Below are positions 51,065 to 64,000 of a stretch of 64,000 bases of DNA, in pieces. Numbering within the stretch: position 1 is the stretch's first letter; every line of letters begins with the position of its first letter. Source of the stretch: Balanoglossus misakiensis (Eukaryota; Animalia; Hemichordata); the NCBI GenBank assembly GCA_040954595.2, contig CM082579.2, forward strand, positions 16,158,550-16,222,549, in the 5' to 3' direction. Both the position numbers and the translations under genes were made by a program. Below the pieces are notes generated by a model. The model had not been told where the DNA came from, did no database searches, and saw nothing but the letters and a program-made list of their open reading frames with translations.

Positions 51065-53335
51065 GCTATGTTACCTTTGAAGTGCTTGGCGGCTATACCG
51101 GTACAAGCATGCACAGATCTATGTTGATAGACATTACTCATCACAGGGACCAGTGACTGTTATCTGCAAAAATGAAAAATATGCCAATAAGTATTTCTGT
51201 GTCAAACAGCACGGCAAAATGTAACTATATGGACAGAGATGATCTCCTGTCTTCATGAACAATACAATACGTTGTACAGGGGCCTCCAAATGAGCAATTA
51301 AATTCTATGCTGTCATCCATGGCGTCTAGGAAATCTTTAACAGAATAAGAATTATCTTATGTTACCCTCAGACACCACTTGGCTGCAATACAGGCATGTA
51401 CACACATCCAGTTCGACAGATCAATGTTGATCACCAGAGAGAAACCATTATCTGCAAAAATGGAAAATATGACAAAGTATTTTAGTGTCAAAAAACATGA
51501 CAGTAAAATGTATGGACAGATGATCTCCTGGATGGACAATACAATAAGTCACACACTGCCCTCCAAAATGAGCAATTAAATTATATGCATTCATCTATGG
51601 GGTCTAGGAAATCTTTAGGAGAAAAAGAATTATCTTATATGTTACCCTCAGACACCAATTGGCTGCAATACAGGCATGTAATAATAATAATAATAATAAT
51701 TTATTTGTATAGCGTCAGTATCCACAAAAAAAATGTGATCAATGACGCTTAAAGCAAAAGTACAATACAACAAATGGCTAAAAAACAGATTTAAAAAGTA
51801 AAGTTTTAACATTTGATTTAAAAACAGATAAGTCTGGTGCCTGGCGAATGGTGAGTGGAAGATTATTCCAAAGAATTGGAGCAGCAACAGTAAAAGCACG
51901 ATCACCATAACTCTTGGTGCGTGATCGAACAGGGCAGAGTTTGAACTGATCAGCTGACCTTAAATTGCGACATGGAACATATAGATTAGTCATGCTAGAA
52001 AGATAGATTGGACCAAGTTTATGAATGGATTTAAAAATGAGAACTAACATCTTAAAAACAATACGCTCTGTAACAGGTAGCCAGTGCAACTGATACAAAA
52101 TTGGAGTGATGTGACAGGTGATTTTAGAACGAGTTACAATTCTAGCAGCAATATTCTGAACGCGTTGGATACGGTTGATTGAATACTTCGGGAGCCCAAA
52201 TAAAAGTGAATTACATGAATCAATTCGAGACGTAATGAATGCATGAACTAATTGCTCTGTAGCTGAATGAGATAAATATTTGCGGATATGCGCAATGCGA
52301 CGTAAATTAAAAGTGGCAGAGCGGCAGATCTGTCCAATATGTGGCTTCATTGTCAGACAAGAGTCAAGGATCACTCCAAGGCTCTTAGCCTGACAATGGA
52401 CGGGAATCAGAGAATCGCCAACACGAATTTCTGAAATCCCTCTAGCAGACAGATCACCCAAAATACCAGAGAAAATAACAAATTCAGTCTTATCATCGTT
52501 TAAGCACAAGAAGTTTTCAGACATCCAAAACCTAACATCAGAAATACAAAGTTCAAGATTTGAAACAGTTCTTGCTGCGTTGTCTTTACTAAAAGACATA
52601 TAAAGTGAAGAGTCATCTGCATAAAAAACTATAAAGACAACCATGCCTTTGAACTAATTCACCTAATGGAGACGTGTACATATTGAAAAGTATGGGACCA
52701 AGAACTGATCCCTGTGGTACCCCAGTGCCGAGCGGATAGAAAGGTGATTGGGTGGAATTTACAAGTACATACTGACTACGATTGGAAAGGTAAGACTTAA
52801 ACCACATGAGAACAGTATCTGAGAGACCGAAGCGGTCTCTTAAGCGATTGAGTAAAATGGTATGGTTAACAGTGTCAAATGCTGCGGAAAGATCGAGTAA
52901 TACCAAGATGTGTACACACATCCAGTTCGACAGATCATCAATGTTGATCACCAGAGAGAAACTATTATCTACAAAAATGGAAAATATGACAGTATTTTAG
53001 TGTCAAAAAATAAGGCAGTAAAATGTAAGGATAATCTCCTGGATGGACAATACAATAAGTCACACACTGCCCTCCAAAATGAGCAATTAAATTCTATGGT
53101 GTCATCTATGGGGTAAAGGAAATCTTAGAAGAACAATAATTATCTTATGTTACCCTTGCAAACTACTGTACTGCTTTACAGGCTTGAATATACATCTAGT
53201 TTGGCAGATTTTGATCAACAGCTAGATACCCCTTTCTGCAAAAAATGGAAAATATGCTAATAAGTATTTCTGTGTCAAACAACATAATGGTAAAATATAT
53301 CTATGGACAGAGATGATCTCCTGTCTTCATGAATG
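51065..53335. repeat. ~290-bp tandem repeat, about 3.6 diverged copies, interrupted by an L2
   Basis: TATGTTACC...CTGCAAAAATG(G)AAAATATG...GTGTCAAA recurs near 51068, 51357, 51638 (split by the L2) and 53145. Confidence 0.8.
51681..52910 (-). mobile_element. 5'-truncated L2-clade LINE (RT domain to 3' end)
   Basis: LLDLSAAFDTV, GVPQGSVLGP, FYADD (one frameshift near 52625), LHWLPVTERIVFK, YGDRAF..AAPILWNNLP; AATAAA plus (TTA)n tail; TSD TGTA at 51677-51680 and 52911-52914. Confidence 0.93.
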
Positions 53336-53364
53336 TAATGTACTTCAATGGCTGGTTACTCAAA

Positions 53365-54349
53365 TTTAATTTGCATACTCACACCACAGGAATCATGTTA
53401 CCTGGTTACCAACTTGGCATCTGGACAGGAGGATATTGGGCATCATGGAAATCTGAAACTAATGAGACAAAATTGTGTAAATAGACAATTATAACTGACT
53501 GCTATGACCTTCAACTTGGCTCCAATCCATAATTATTTCTTGTTGGGTGCTCAGTTGTTTCTGGTTCAAAGGCGACTAGTGCAAAGTGTCCAGGAAAACA
53601 CAGAGACACAGAGATGTCACATGACTGCAAGCCATGAGCCATTATTTTGCATACTCACACCATAGGAATCATGTTACCTGGTTACCAACTTGGCATCTGG
53701 ACAGGAGGATATTGGGCATCATGGAAATCTGAAACTAATGAGAAAAAATTGTGTAAATAGACAATTATAACTGACTGTTATGAACTTCAACTTGGCTCCA
53801 ATCCATAATTATTTCTCGTTGGGTGCTCAGTTGTTTCTGGTTCAAAGGCGACTAGTGCAAAGTGTCCAGGATAACACAAGAGACACGGAGATGTCACATG
53901 ACTGCAAGCCATGAGCCATTTATTTGCATACTCACACCATAGGAATCATGTTACCCGGTTACCAACTTGGCATCTGGACAGGAGGATATTGGGCATCATG
54001 GTAATCTGAAACTAATGAGAAAATTTGTGTAAATAGACAATTATTACTGACTGCTATGAACTTCAACTTGGCTCCAATCTATAATTATTTCTCGTTGGGT
54101 GCTCAGTCGTTTCTGGTTTCAAGGCGACTAGGGCAACGTGTCCAGGAAATCACAAGAGACACGGAGATGTCACATGACTGCAAGCCATGAGCCATTAATT
54201 TGCATACTCACACCATAGGAATCATGTTACCTGGTTACCAACTTGGCATCTGGACAGGAGGATATTGGGCATCATGGAAATCTGAAACTAATGAGAAAAA
54301 ACGTGTAAATAGACAATTATAACTAACTGCTATGAACTCCAACTTGGCT
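53365..54349. repeat. ~277-bp tandem repeat, about 3.6 copies, each holding an exon-like cassette on the minus strand
   Basis: TTGCATACTCACACCA at 53371, 53647, 53923 and 54200. Confidence 0.92.
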
Positions 54350-54956
54350 GCTAACAATCCCCAACACCTGCAACAAATAATAAATAGTAAATATTAATTG
54401 ATTATCATAGACTGGTTGAGTTTAATGTTACCTATGGTACACTTACATTGTATTTTCCCTTTTAATCTGGTGGGTAGTTAGCTATCTGATGTACATTAAC
54501 CATTGTAAAACTCTAGGATCTGATAAACTTATTTATTTATCCAATAGACTTACAAAATGTGAAAATATTTATATTTCTATGGGAGAAACATGGACCGGTA
54601 CTCAGTCAACTAATCATTATGGGGGACTAAATTTCTACAAATTTAAAATTATTCCTGTAATTATCACCTGTCTATATATTATGTACATTGTAATTGCTAA
54701 ACTATACCATTCACTGGGTTTAGCTCCTTACTGGAAAATTGCCATTACAATTTATGCCCAGTTGTGGGTTTAAGAAAAATACACAGTGATAAAAACTGCA
54801 AAATTATTAATGTAGTTTTCAAAAGTTATTCCCTAAAATCATCAGACATAAGTACTAAATTATCACTTAAAGCTAAGCCTACTAATCAATACAAATTCAG
54901 CAGAATATTTAAGTTCCATGGCTGAGGATTAATGAGAATCAACACATTTCTTATTT

Positions 54957-55110
54957 ATCATTATCATCATCATCATCATCATCATCATCATAATCATCAT
55001 CATCATCACCATCATTGCCATCATCATCACCATCATCATCATCATCATCATCATCACCATCACAACCGTCATCAACATCAGTACAACCATCAATGCCATC
55101 ACCATAACAA
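54957..55110. repeat. (CAT)n-based trinucleotide microsatellite
   Basis: Directly visible in the sequence. Confidence 0.95.
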
Positions 55111-55679
55111 CTAGCAATAACAATTAACATCAAAACTGCCAACACCATCACCAACATTAACAGAAATAAAATCAAAATGTTGAATGACCCATGAAAATCA
55201 GAAACTGTCAACCAACAGCATTCTACAAAGTCACTAGTTTGTTAATCTAGCTGATGTGATTGTATTATACTCTAAAATATTATATGTTTATTATTATCAG
55301 TTTGTAAATTTTTAAGTCTAAGAATATTATAATATTAAAATTTCAAATGGCAATTTTTTATACGCATAGCTGACATTATACACCAGTAATTCTGAATGTT
55401 CTTTTACTAAAGTATTGCAATTTCCAAAACAGCCATGTTATGTAAATTATTTTCCAATTTTCAAACGAGTGCTAACTTCACTGATGAAAAGGGGGAATTT
55501 AGACAATGAGCTGTTGGTGAAACTGACTGGATGGTATTAAAACACAATTAAATACAGATCTGGAACATAAATGTTATACAATGCAATGTTATATCATATT
55601 ATTTAATCTGGAAAGAAATCATGCATTTGAGACACATCAATTGTGATCACAATTACCGGTTCAATGCAAACACTGTCTG

Positions 55680-58112
55680 GAAGTTTTCATATCAAGCTAC
55701 AGTACCTGAAACAAAAATTTGTAATCACTGACACCCCCATCATTATGAATCGCTGGCACCCCCACCCCCATCATTATGAACACCTTGGTTCACACAGGTT
55801 ATTTGTTTACGATTGTGAAACACTGTTCACTTAATAACACAAGCATAGTAAAATTATTAATGATAAAACACATCATGGTGCAGCATTTTATTAATACTGC
55901 AGGTTAGTTCAAAGTTTTCATATCAAGCTACAGTACCTGAAACAAAACTTTGTAATCTCTTACACCCCCCACCCCTGACACCCCCCACCCCCCATCATTA
56001 TCAATTAGAACACTTGGTTTCACACAGGTTGTTTGTTTACGATTGTGAAACACTTTTCACTTAAGAACACAAGCATAGTCAAATTATTAATGATAAAACA
56101 CATTATGGTGCAGCATTTTAATACTGCAGATTAGTTCAAGGTTTTCATATCAAGCTACAGTACCTGAAACAAAAATTTATTATGGCTGACACCCCCCCTC
56201 CCCCCATCATTATCAATTTGAACACTTGGTTTCACACAGGTTGTTTGTTTACGATTGTGAGACACTGTTCACTAAATATGGTGCAGCATTTTAATACTGC
56301 AGGTTAGGTCAAACTTTTCATATCAAGCTACAGTACCTGAAACAAAAATTTGTAATCACTGACACCCCCCTCCCCTGACACCCCCCCACCCCCGATCATG
56401 ATGAACACCTTGGTTCACACAGGTTGTTTGTTTACGATTGTGAAACACTGTTCACTTAAGAACACAAGCATAGTCAAATTATTAATGATTAAACACATTA
56501 TGGTGCAGCATTTTAATACTGCAGATTAGTTCAAGGTTTTCATATCAAGCTACAGTACCTCACACAAAAATTTGTGATCACTAACATCCCCCTCCCCCCA
56601 TCATTATCAATTAGAACACTTGGTTTCACATAGGTTGTTTGTTTATGATTGTGAAACACTGTTCACTAAATATGGTGCAGCATTTTAGTTAATACTGCAG
56701 GTTAGTTCAAAGTTTTCATATCAAGCTACTGTACCTTAAACAAAAATTTGTGATCACTGACACCCCCACCCCCAATCATGATGAACACCTTGGTTCACAC
56801 AGGTTGTTTGTTTACGATTGTGAAACACTGTTCACTTAAGAACACAAGCATAATCAAATTATTAATGATAAAACACATTATGGTGCAGCATTTTAATACT
56901 GCAGATTAGTTCAAGGTTTTCATATCAAGCAACAGTACCTGAAACAAAAATTTATTATCGCTGACACCCCCCTCCCCCAATCATTATCAATTTGAACACT
57001 TGGTTTCACACAGGTTGTTTGTTTACGATTGTGAAACACTGTTCACTTAAATAACACAAGCATAGTAGAATTATTAATGATAAAACACATCATGGTGCAG
57101 CATTTTAATACTGCAGATTAGTTCAAAGTTTTCATATCAAGCTACAGTACCTGAAACAAAAAATTGTATTCACTTACACCCCCCAACCCTGACACCCCCC
57201 ACCCCCGATCATTACCAATTAGAACACCTTGGTTTCACGTTGGTTACTTGTTTACATTCGTGAAACACTGTTCACTTAATTAACACAAGCATAGTAGAAT
57301 TATTAATGATAAAACACATCATGGTGCAGCAATTTAATACTGCAGATTAGTTCAAAGTTTTCATATCAAGCTACAGTACCTGAAACAAAAATTTGTAATC
57401 ACTGACAACCCCCACCCCCTATCATTACCAATTAGAACACATTGGTTTCACACAGATTGTTTGTTTATGATCGTGAAACACTGTTTACTTAATAAGACAA
57501 GCATGGCAAAATTATTAATGATAAAACACATCATGGTGCAGCAATTTAATACTGCAGATTAGTTCAAAGTTTTCATATCAAGCTACAGTACCTGAAACAA
57601 AAATTTGTAATCGCTGACACCCCCCACCCCTGACAACCCCCACCCCCGATCATTACCACACTGGCTGTTCATTTACGATTGTGAAACACTGTTCACTTAA
57701 TAACACAAGCATAGTAAAATTATTAATGGTACAACACAACATGGTGCAGCATTTTAATACTGCAGATTAGTTCAAAGTTTTCATATCAAGTTACAGTACC
57801 TGAAACAAAAAATTGTAATAGCTGAAACCCCCTACCCCATCATTATGAACACATTGGTTCACACAGGTTGTTTGTTTACGATTGTGAAACATTGTTCCCT
57901 TAAGAACACATGCTTGGTAAAATTATTAATGAAATTAATCACATCATGGTGCAGCATTTTAATACTGCAGGTTAGTTTAAAGTTCTCATATCAAGCTACA
58001 GTACCTGACACAAAAATTTGTAATCACTGACAACCCCCTTCCCCCATCATTATCAATAAGAACACCCTGGTTTCACACAGGTTGTTTGTTTACAATTGTG
58101 AAACACTGTTCA
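55680..58112. repeat. ~170-230-bp modular minisatellite, about 12 copies
   Basis: TTCATATCAAGCTACAGTACCTGAAACAAAA near 55686, 55916, 56144, 56316, 56538, 56714, 56918, 57130, 57359, 57571, 57779 and 57985. Confidence 0.95.
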
Positions 58113-58385
58113 TGTTATAACACCACAAATTCCATAGTGTAATATTATTAACTAGTTTGATAAATCAGAAACTTCTGAGTGCATGGTTACTTATACGGTA
58201 TTTCATGTTTGAGAGTGCAAGGTTATGACATCCCCAAATCTGACTGGCCAGGTCAGAATGGGAACACCCACATGTGTGCAAGTTTTAATAAAAAACACCT
58301 GAGAGCATGACTGCACCCAGCAGATCACCCATTTACAAAGCTTTGTGTCATTACATGTGAGTATGATATTTTTATTTTTATAAGT

Positions 58386-58441
<56 letters not shown>

Positions 58442-58912
58442 CAGTATCACCATCTAAACCATTATTATCACCATCACCATCAGTATCACCACCATCACCA
58501 TCAGTATCACAATCATCACCATCATTATCACCATCACCACCATTATTATCACCATCATCACCATCAGTATCACCATCACTACCATTATTATCACCATCAT
58601 CACCATCATTATCACAATCATCACCATTATTATCACTATCATCACCATCATTATCACCATCACCACCACTATTATCACCATCAGTATCACCATCACCACC
58701 ATTATTATCACCATCATCATCACCATCACCACCATTATTATCATCATCATCACCACCACTATTATCACCATCAGTATCACCATCACCACCATTATTATCA
58801 CCATCATCACCATCATCATCACCATCACCACCATTATTATCTTAATCAGTATCACCAGTACCACCAGATTCACATTCATTGTCATCACTATTATCACCAC
58901 CAGTATTATCAT
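58386..58912. repeat. Complex CAT/CAC/TAT trinucleotide tract
   Basis: Directly visible, with internal duplications. Confidence 0.95.
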
Positions 58913-59705
58913 ATTCAACACCGCTATGTTACGGTTAAAACTGCTGTACCAGTTAGTACAGATCTCCATTTACCATGGTAACTGTATTTAAATTTGCATG
59001 CATGCATTTTGTCTGAAACACAGACGAACCCGTTACATGATATATTTTACATGTCAAGCAAAATGGCTGCTACATTTGTACATTAAAATGATACGAGGCA
59101 ACAGGGATTCATATGAAGTGCATTCCTAGAAAAAAAGAAAACTTTATTTAATTCATTTAATAACAGGCATATCAATGATATATATCTATACCAGTCATAA
59201 ATTTTCACCAACAGCTCTATGTACTAGGATCATTTTACCCTGGTTTGTACAAACACATTTGCTTTGCAAAACTCTGTACACAGAATCACAAAGTATGTAA
59301 TGCAAACTTGAACTATGCATAAACATTAGGCTACCAATTCTGACGAATATTTAAGATGAATGTGACTGATTGTCTGGATGAAAATACATCTCTGTGTAAC
59401 GTATATTTATGGTTAAATTAAACCTTTACTTACATTATTATTTCTGTTATTTTATACCACTACAACCACAATGCCAAAGCTAACGGTAGTAACAGATACA
59501 ACATTACACCCATTATTCTGGAGTAAATTAAGACCACTAAGAAACAAATATTAACCACCTATACCACTCAAGACATATTCATTCTCCAACCTATTGCGTC
59601 TCAAAGTATCCTGAAGATTCACCAAAACCAGACAATACCACATTGACATATGCTCTGCAGAAACTACTATTATTGGTGTCTTTCTTACACAGATATAAAG
59701 AACTA

Positions 59706-59895
59706 ATCATCATCATCATTGTTACTGTTTTTGTAACATCTCCATCATCATTATTGTCATCATCATCCTCATTATAATCATCATCATCATTATCATCATC
59801 ATCACAATCATCATTATCATCATCATCATTGTAGTCATTATTTTTAGTTATTTTATTATCATCCTCCTATTATTCATCCTATTATTCCTAATCAT
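59706..59895. repeat. Degenerate (CAT)n tract
   Basis: Directly visible in the sequence. Confidence 0.85.
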
Positions 59896-60834
59896 TTTTT
59901 TCTCATATTACATTTGTCTTTCAATTGTCATTGATTTTAAGAATATTACTGCTCCAATTTCAACGTGACTGGTGTGATCATCCTCTTTGCCGTAATTTGC
60001 ATTTGAACATCATGAAGTTAATCCAAACTGAAAAGCAGATGCCTACCATGTCGTTTTTAATCCTCCCTACCTTAAATAGGTTTTAAGCTACCTAAGTGAG
60101 TGATGAAAATCTCATAATATGGTCGACACAATTTCAAGATGGCCGATTTTTGCCATGTTTAAGAAATTGGAGTTCATGAGCTAAAGTGATATTGAGTCTT
60201 TCTGAATCTTTGTAACAGAAAAAATAACAAAATGTGAAAAAAGTTTAATGAGTTTGATATGTTAAGTACAAAGACAGACATGTTTGACCAAAGAAAGTCA
60301 TAACATACAGTAAACATATCATTTATTCTATCTCTTACTACAGTGAATTGTCGACTTTTTACCCAGAATGCAATTATTATAATGTGATTTGACCCCCTAG
60401 CACAAAGTGAACACCTATTAAAGGCAGCCAGAATTTTGCACCATCTGCCAATTATGCAATATTTAAGCTGTCAAGTAAAACAATAAAGTACATCGTATAA
60501 AAATTTTTACTTCCCTGCTCAAAGCTCGGCTGCTATAATGTACATCTATTTCTGTAATCTTCAACTTTTTCCCACAAGTCCTGTCGGCTAGATCACATGG
60601 AAAGTTCCTCCTGCAATTTAAGAAAGTTGAAAACAATTTTGAGCACAAAATCAAAACTTTCAAAAAATATAGAAATCATGGGTAAGAGGAACTCATATGT
60701 TTTCATCTTCAAATTTGTATAAAGGTGTTTATAAAACTGTTGCCAGTTCTCATCCACATATAAAAATGAGATAACTACAGAGCCTTATATTATAATCCTA
60801 AATTTTAAAATTTAGGAGAACATTTACTATAGTT

Positions 60835-61215
60835 CTAAGCAGGAAAGTTAAAGGATAAAGTCTCTCTTTGCTACCCTTTTCCCAATAATTATGTTTGATA
60901 CAAGACACCGTTTATGTTAATGTATATGTGGATATATAGTGAACCAACGTTCAAAAACACACAACTTCCATCCCGCTTGTAGACATGAGAGTGAAAAACT
61001 CGCCAAAATGAATAATCAGTGTCTACCATTTATTCATTTTGGGTGAGCTTTCACTCTTATATCATACAAGTGGTATGGAATTTGTGTGTTGTTGAATGTA
61101 CATTCACTACATATACAAATGTTCATTAACATAAACAGTGTGTTGTATCAAACCTAATTAATGGGAAAAGGGCAGGGAGAGAGAGACTTTGTCCGTTTAA
61201 CTTCCTAGGCTGAGA
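60835..61215. mobile_element. ~380-bp fold-back palindromic element, old MITE-like
   Basis: AGGAAAGTTAAAGGATAAAGTCTCTCT...CTTTTCCCA...GTTTGATACAA...GTTTATGTTAATG is mirrored by CATTAACATAAAC...TTGTATCAAAC...TGGGAAAAG...AGAGAGACTTTGTCC.TTTAACTTCCT. Confidence 0.78.
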
Positions 61216-61962
61216 ATGCTGAAATACTTGAATAGACGCAGACATGGTCAATTGTCAATAGTCTCCTCAGTAAAAGCCCAGAAAATGTTACCACAGGCAG
61301 TTCAACATTAAGATGATACAGTTGGTGTTTGAATCAAGGGTGCTATTCTTTTGAACTTTATGCAAATGTGCAATTCAGATCATTGACTCAGAACAGCAGC
61401 TCACATTGTAAAATATTGGAAAATGCTTCACAAATCATCATTGATAATCATGATCACACCGAAAAAAAGATTAGATAGCACAATTTTATTCCTACACTTT
61501 ACATGGGGTGTAGTTGCAGTGCAGTGTACAGACTAAAACTGCAATGGAATTCTCTGCAATTCTTACTCTCAATCTTGCCTTACTTTATGAATATTTGTAT
61601 ACTAGTATGATTGTCATAATGGCAACAGAAAAAATGTCCCTCTCATTATCAAAAGGCCCTTAAAGTGGAGACCACCGGCAAAAATGACCTCAAATCTCTG
61701 ATCCTAGATTCACCACAGCACAAACACACATTGTGTCCGCTGTGGAAAAATCATATTGACAGGCTAAAAATATTGTGTATGGAGACATTTACATAACCAA
61801 AACAAAAAAGTCCCACTATTTATACAAAGTATGTTATCAGTGACCAGATGTGTTTGCCAACCTTTATATGCCAAGGTTCAGAAGCGCAGTTTCTGAGATC
61901 TAGGTGAACAAAAAATTAAAATGACTCAAGAAAAAAGAAAAAAAAAACTCCAGTAATTACAG

Positions 61963-61998
61963 TAGGGACCCAAGCGCCCTTAGGCGCTTGGGTCCCTA
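61963..61998. other. Perfect 16-bp hairpin resembling the terminal hairpin of non-autonomous Helentron/HINE-type elements
   Basis: TAGGGACCCAAGCGCC-ctta-GGCGCTTGGGTCCCTA followed by ATTAA. The family label is inference. Confidence 0.6.
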
Positions 61999-64000
61999 AT
62001 TAAGACCCAAAACACCAAAAATTGCCCTAAGAACACAAATTTCACCAACACTTTTCATTACCTACTTGAGTTCCCACATGATAATTCCCACAAAATGTCA
62101 CAGCAATATTGCTTCAAAAGTGGTAAAAACACAAGAATGCAAATATCACCAGAATTGTACAATGTCTTACTTCAATCACCATAAGGAATGTGCCTACAAA
62201 AATACAAAGCAATCTGTCAAACGGTTTCATAGAAAACAATTTTTTTGCGCAAAATCCCCCAAAATTGCCCCAAGAACACGAATATGGAAATTTCACCAAC
62301 AAGGTATGTACGACAGCTTACTTGGGTTATCCCTAGGAACATGCCTACCAAAATCCTAATGATTCTGGACAAGAGGTTTCAGAGAAATGATTTTTTACAA
62401 AAAATCATAAAAATTACCCAAAAATTACAAATATGCAAATTATGCAACAAACTGGAAAAAATGACTTAGATTACCTATTGGAAGCTTCATAATAAATTTT
62501 AAAGCAATCAACCCATGATTGTTTACAGTCTATAATATAAAAAAAAGACTAAAATCTTCATAAAAATAGAAAATTCATGATATTAACTAAAATTTTGAGG
62601 ACTGTATGAGGTTCAGTGGTTGACATAAGGTACATTCATACCAATTTTCAAAGCAATTTGCCCAATAGTTGTTGAGTTTCGGAGTTTTGACCAATTTCAC
62701 ATTTTCAAGCTAATTTGCATATTTTTGAGAATGACAACTTCGTTTATATCAAGGTGATATGCCAAGTGGTTTCCAAGTTTTTTTATTTGGATTGACATAC
62801 ATACCATGGGACCTAAACACAACGTTTCAGTCAACTTTATGAGCGTTGCTACTCTAGTGAAATTCAAGTTGTAATTGCTCGGATAGAAATTTGTCTAGTC
62901 ATGCTTTATATGGATAGTTTTGGTTTGCTATGGAACTACTGACTATTTAGCTTGTTGTATGAATACGACTATGAGTAAACATTCATACAAACTCGTTATT
63001 ATGATATAAAAAGCCTAAAAATGCATCTGAAACCCAATTTTTCGCTTACTATGAATATGTGTAATAAAATTGAATCCTTCGTCAATGCTGGCCGGGGTCA
63101 CAAATTATGTCACGGCATGTTTTTTCGTAAACACGATATTAAATTTAATTAAATAGGACCTAATGTACTCACTGAAACGTTCAAGTCGACCAACGATATT
63201 CCATGCACACTGTGTAACATCTTCAGAGGGACTCCAGCATAACATTTGGATTCAAACGCGCACACAAATCATAATATACTATTCTTCGCGTTCAGTGACG
63301 GCATCCATCCCGAATATTCTCGTCAGAGAGATAAAGTCCGCCATGACACCTTGTGACGCAATCGTGTAAAATTCCATTACGTTGGACAACTTCCACTGCC
63401 TGCGCTAGAAATACACAAGAAACTTGAACTGTTCATGATAAAACTTGCACCTGGACCTCTGGCGAATACTTGGAAGCAGTATTTCAGGAATAATATTCCA
63501 TTTTGAGGGCTTCGCGATCCATTCAATCCGACCGATGGAAGTCAGAGATTCAAATCGCCCCGCCATGACACCACGACTATACAGCGCCCCCAAGGCCATG
63601 TTTTGTTTTTTTTGTCAGCTGGCTCCAAGTACGAGTGTTCATTGCAAGCCGTGTAATATATAAGGCCAGATGGCCCAGACTGCTATGAAAGTTTCCCCGG
63701 GCAGTGTATCTAATACAGCGGATGTTATATAGCGATTCCCTTTCGCTACAGTCACGGTGACGAGCAAAGCCATCCTTTCCTTTTAGCCTATAGCGCAGTC
63801 AGCGTGGGAATGGGCGGGGGAACAGACCAGTTCTGGAAAGTAAAACTGTAAAAGTAAAACGTCTTTTCATATTTTAATAGACGAACTCTGCAAAAGTTTT
63901 ATTCCCAAACATGAATTTTGAGATATTTAAAACTTGTATTTGATAGCAATTTAGGCCTACACTGGCCTACAGAATCAACATTTTTTCACACCGAGTAGGC

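Noticed and set aside
47843-58969. Long low-complexity ORFs (CMYV/YIHT repeats, poly-His/Met/Asp)
   Set aside because: They are translations of microsatellites.
63140-63700. GC-richer stretch with short ORFs
   Set aside because: No recognisable domain, splice structure or termini.

Overview
AT-rich, repeat-dense animal genomic DNA (the repeat types suggest a marine invertebrate; this is inference). I found no intact multi-exon gene. Bases 1-33994 are a hierarchical macrosatellite. Each ~1.9-2.4 kb unit has an AT-rich block (about 2.5 diverged ~330-bp subrepeats), a poly-C and short unique spacer, and a GC/CpG-rich block of 9, 11 or 15 alternating 81-bp monomers. The array is interrupted by (i) a 5'-truncated CR1-type LINE that itself carries a nested THAP-bearing DNA transposon with an AT target-site duplication (ISL2EU-like), and (ii) two near-identical copies of a captured block made of ~380-bp repeats plus a decayed L1/Tx1 ORF2, each flanked by a 44-bp duplication. 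Bases 34-64 kb look intronic or intergenic. They contain two clear ELAC2/RNase Z(L)-like exons, L2/CR1 fragments, nested Harbinger-type MITEs (the outer one carrying a coding fragment), a Kolobok-type MITE, chained palindromic elements, several minisatellites (one amplifying an exon-like cassette) and microsatellites. All calls were made by eye; no searches were run.
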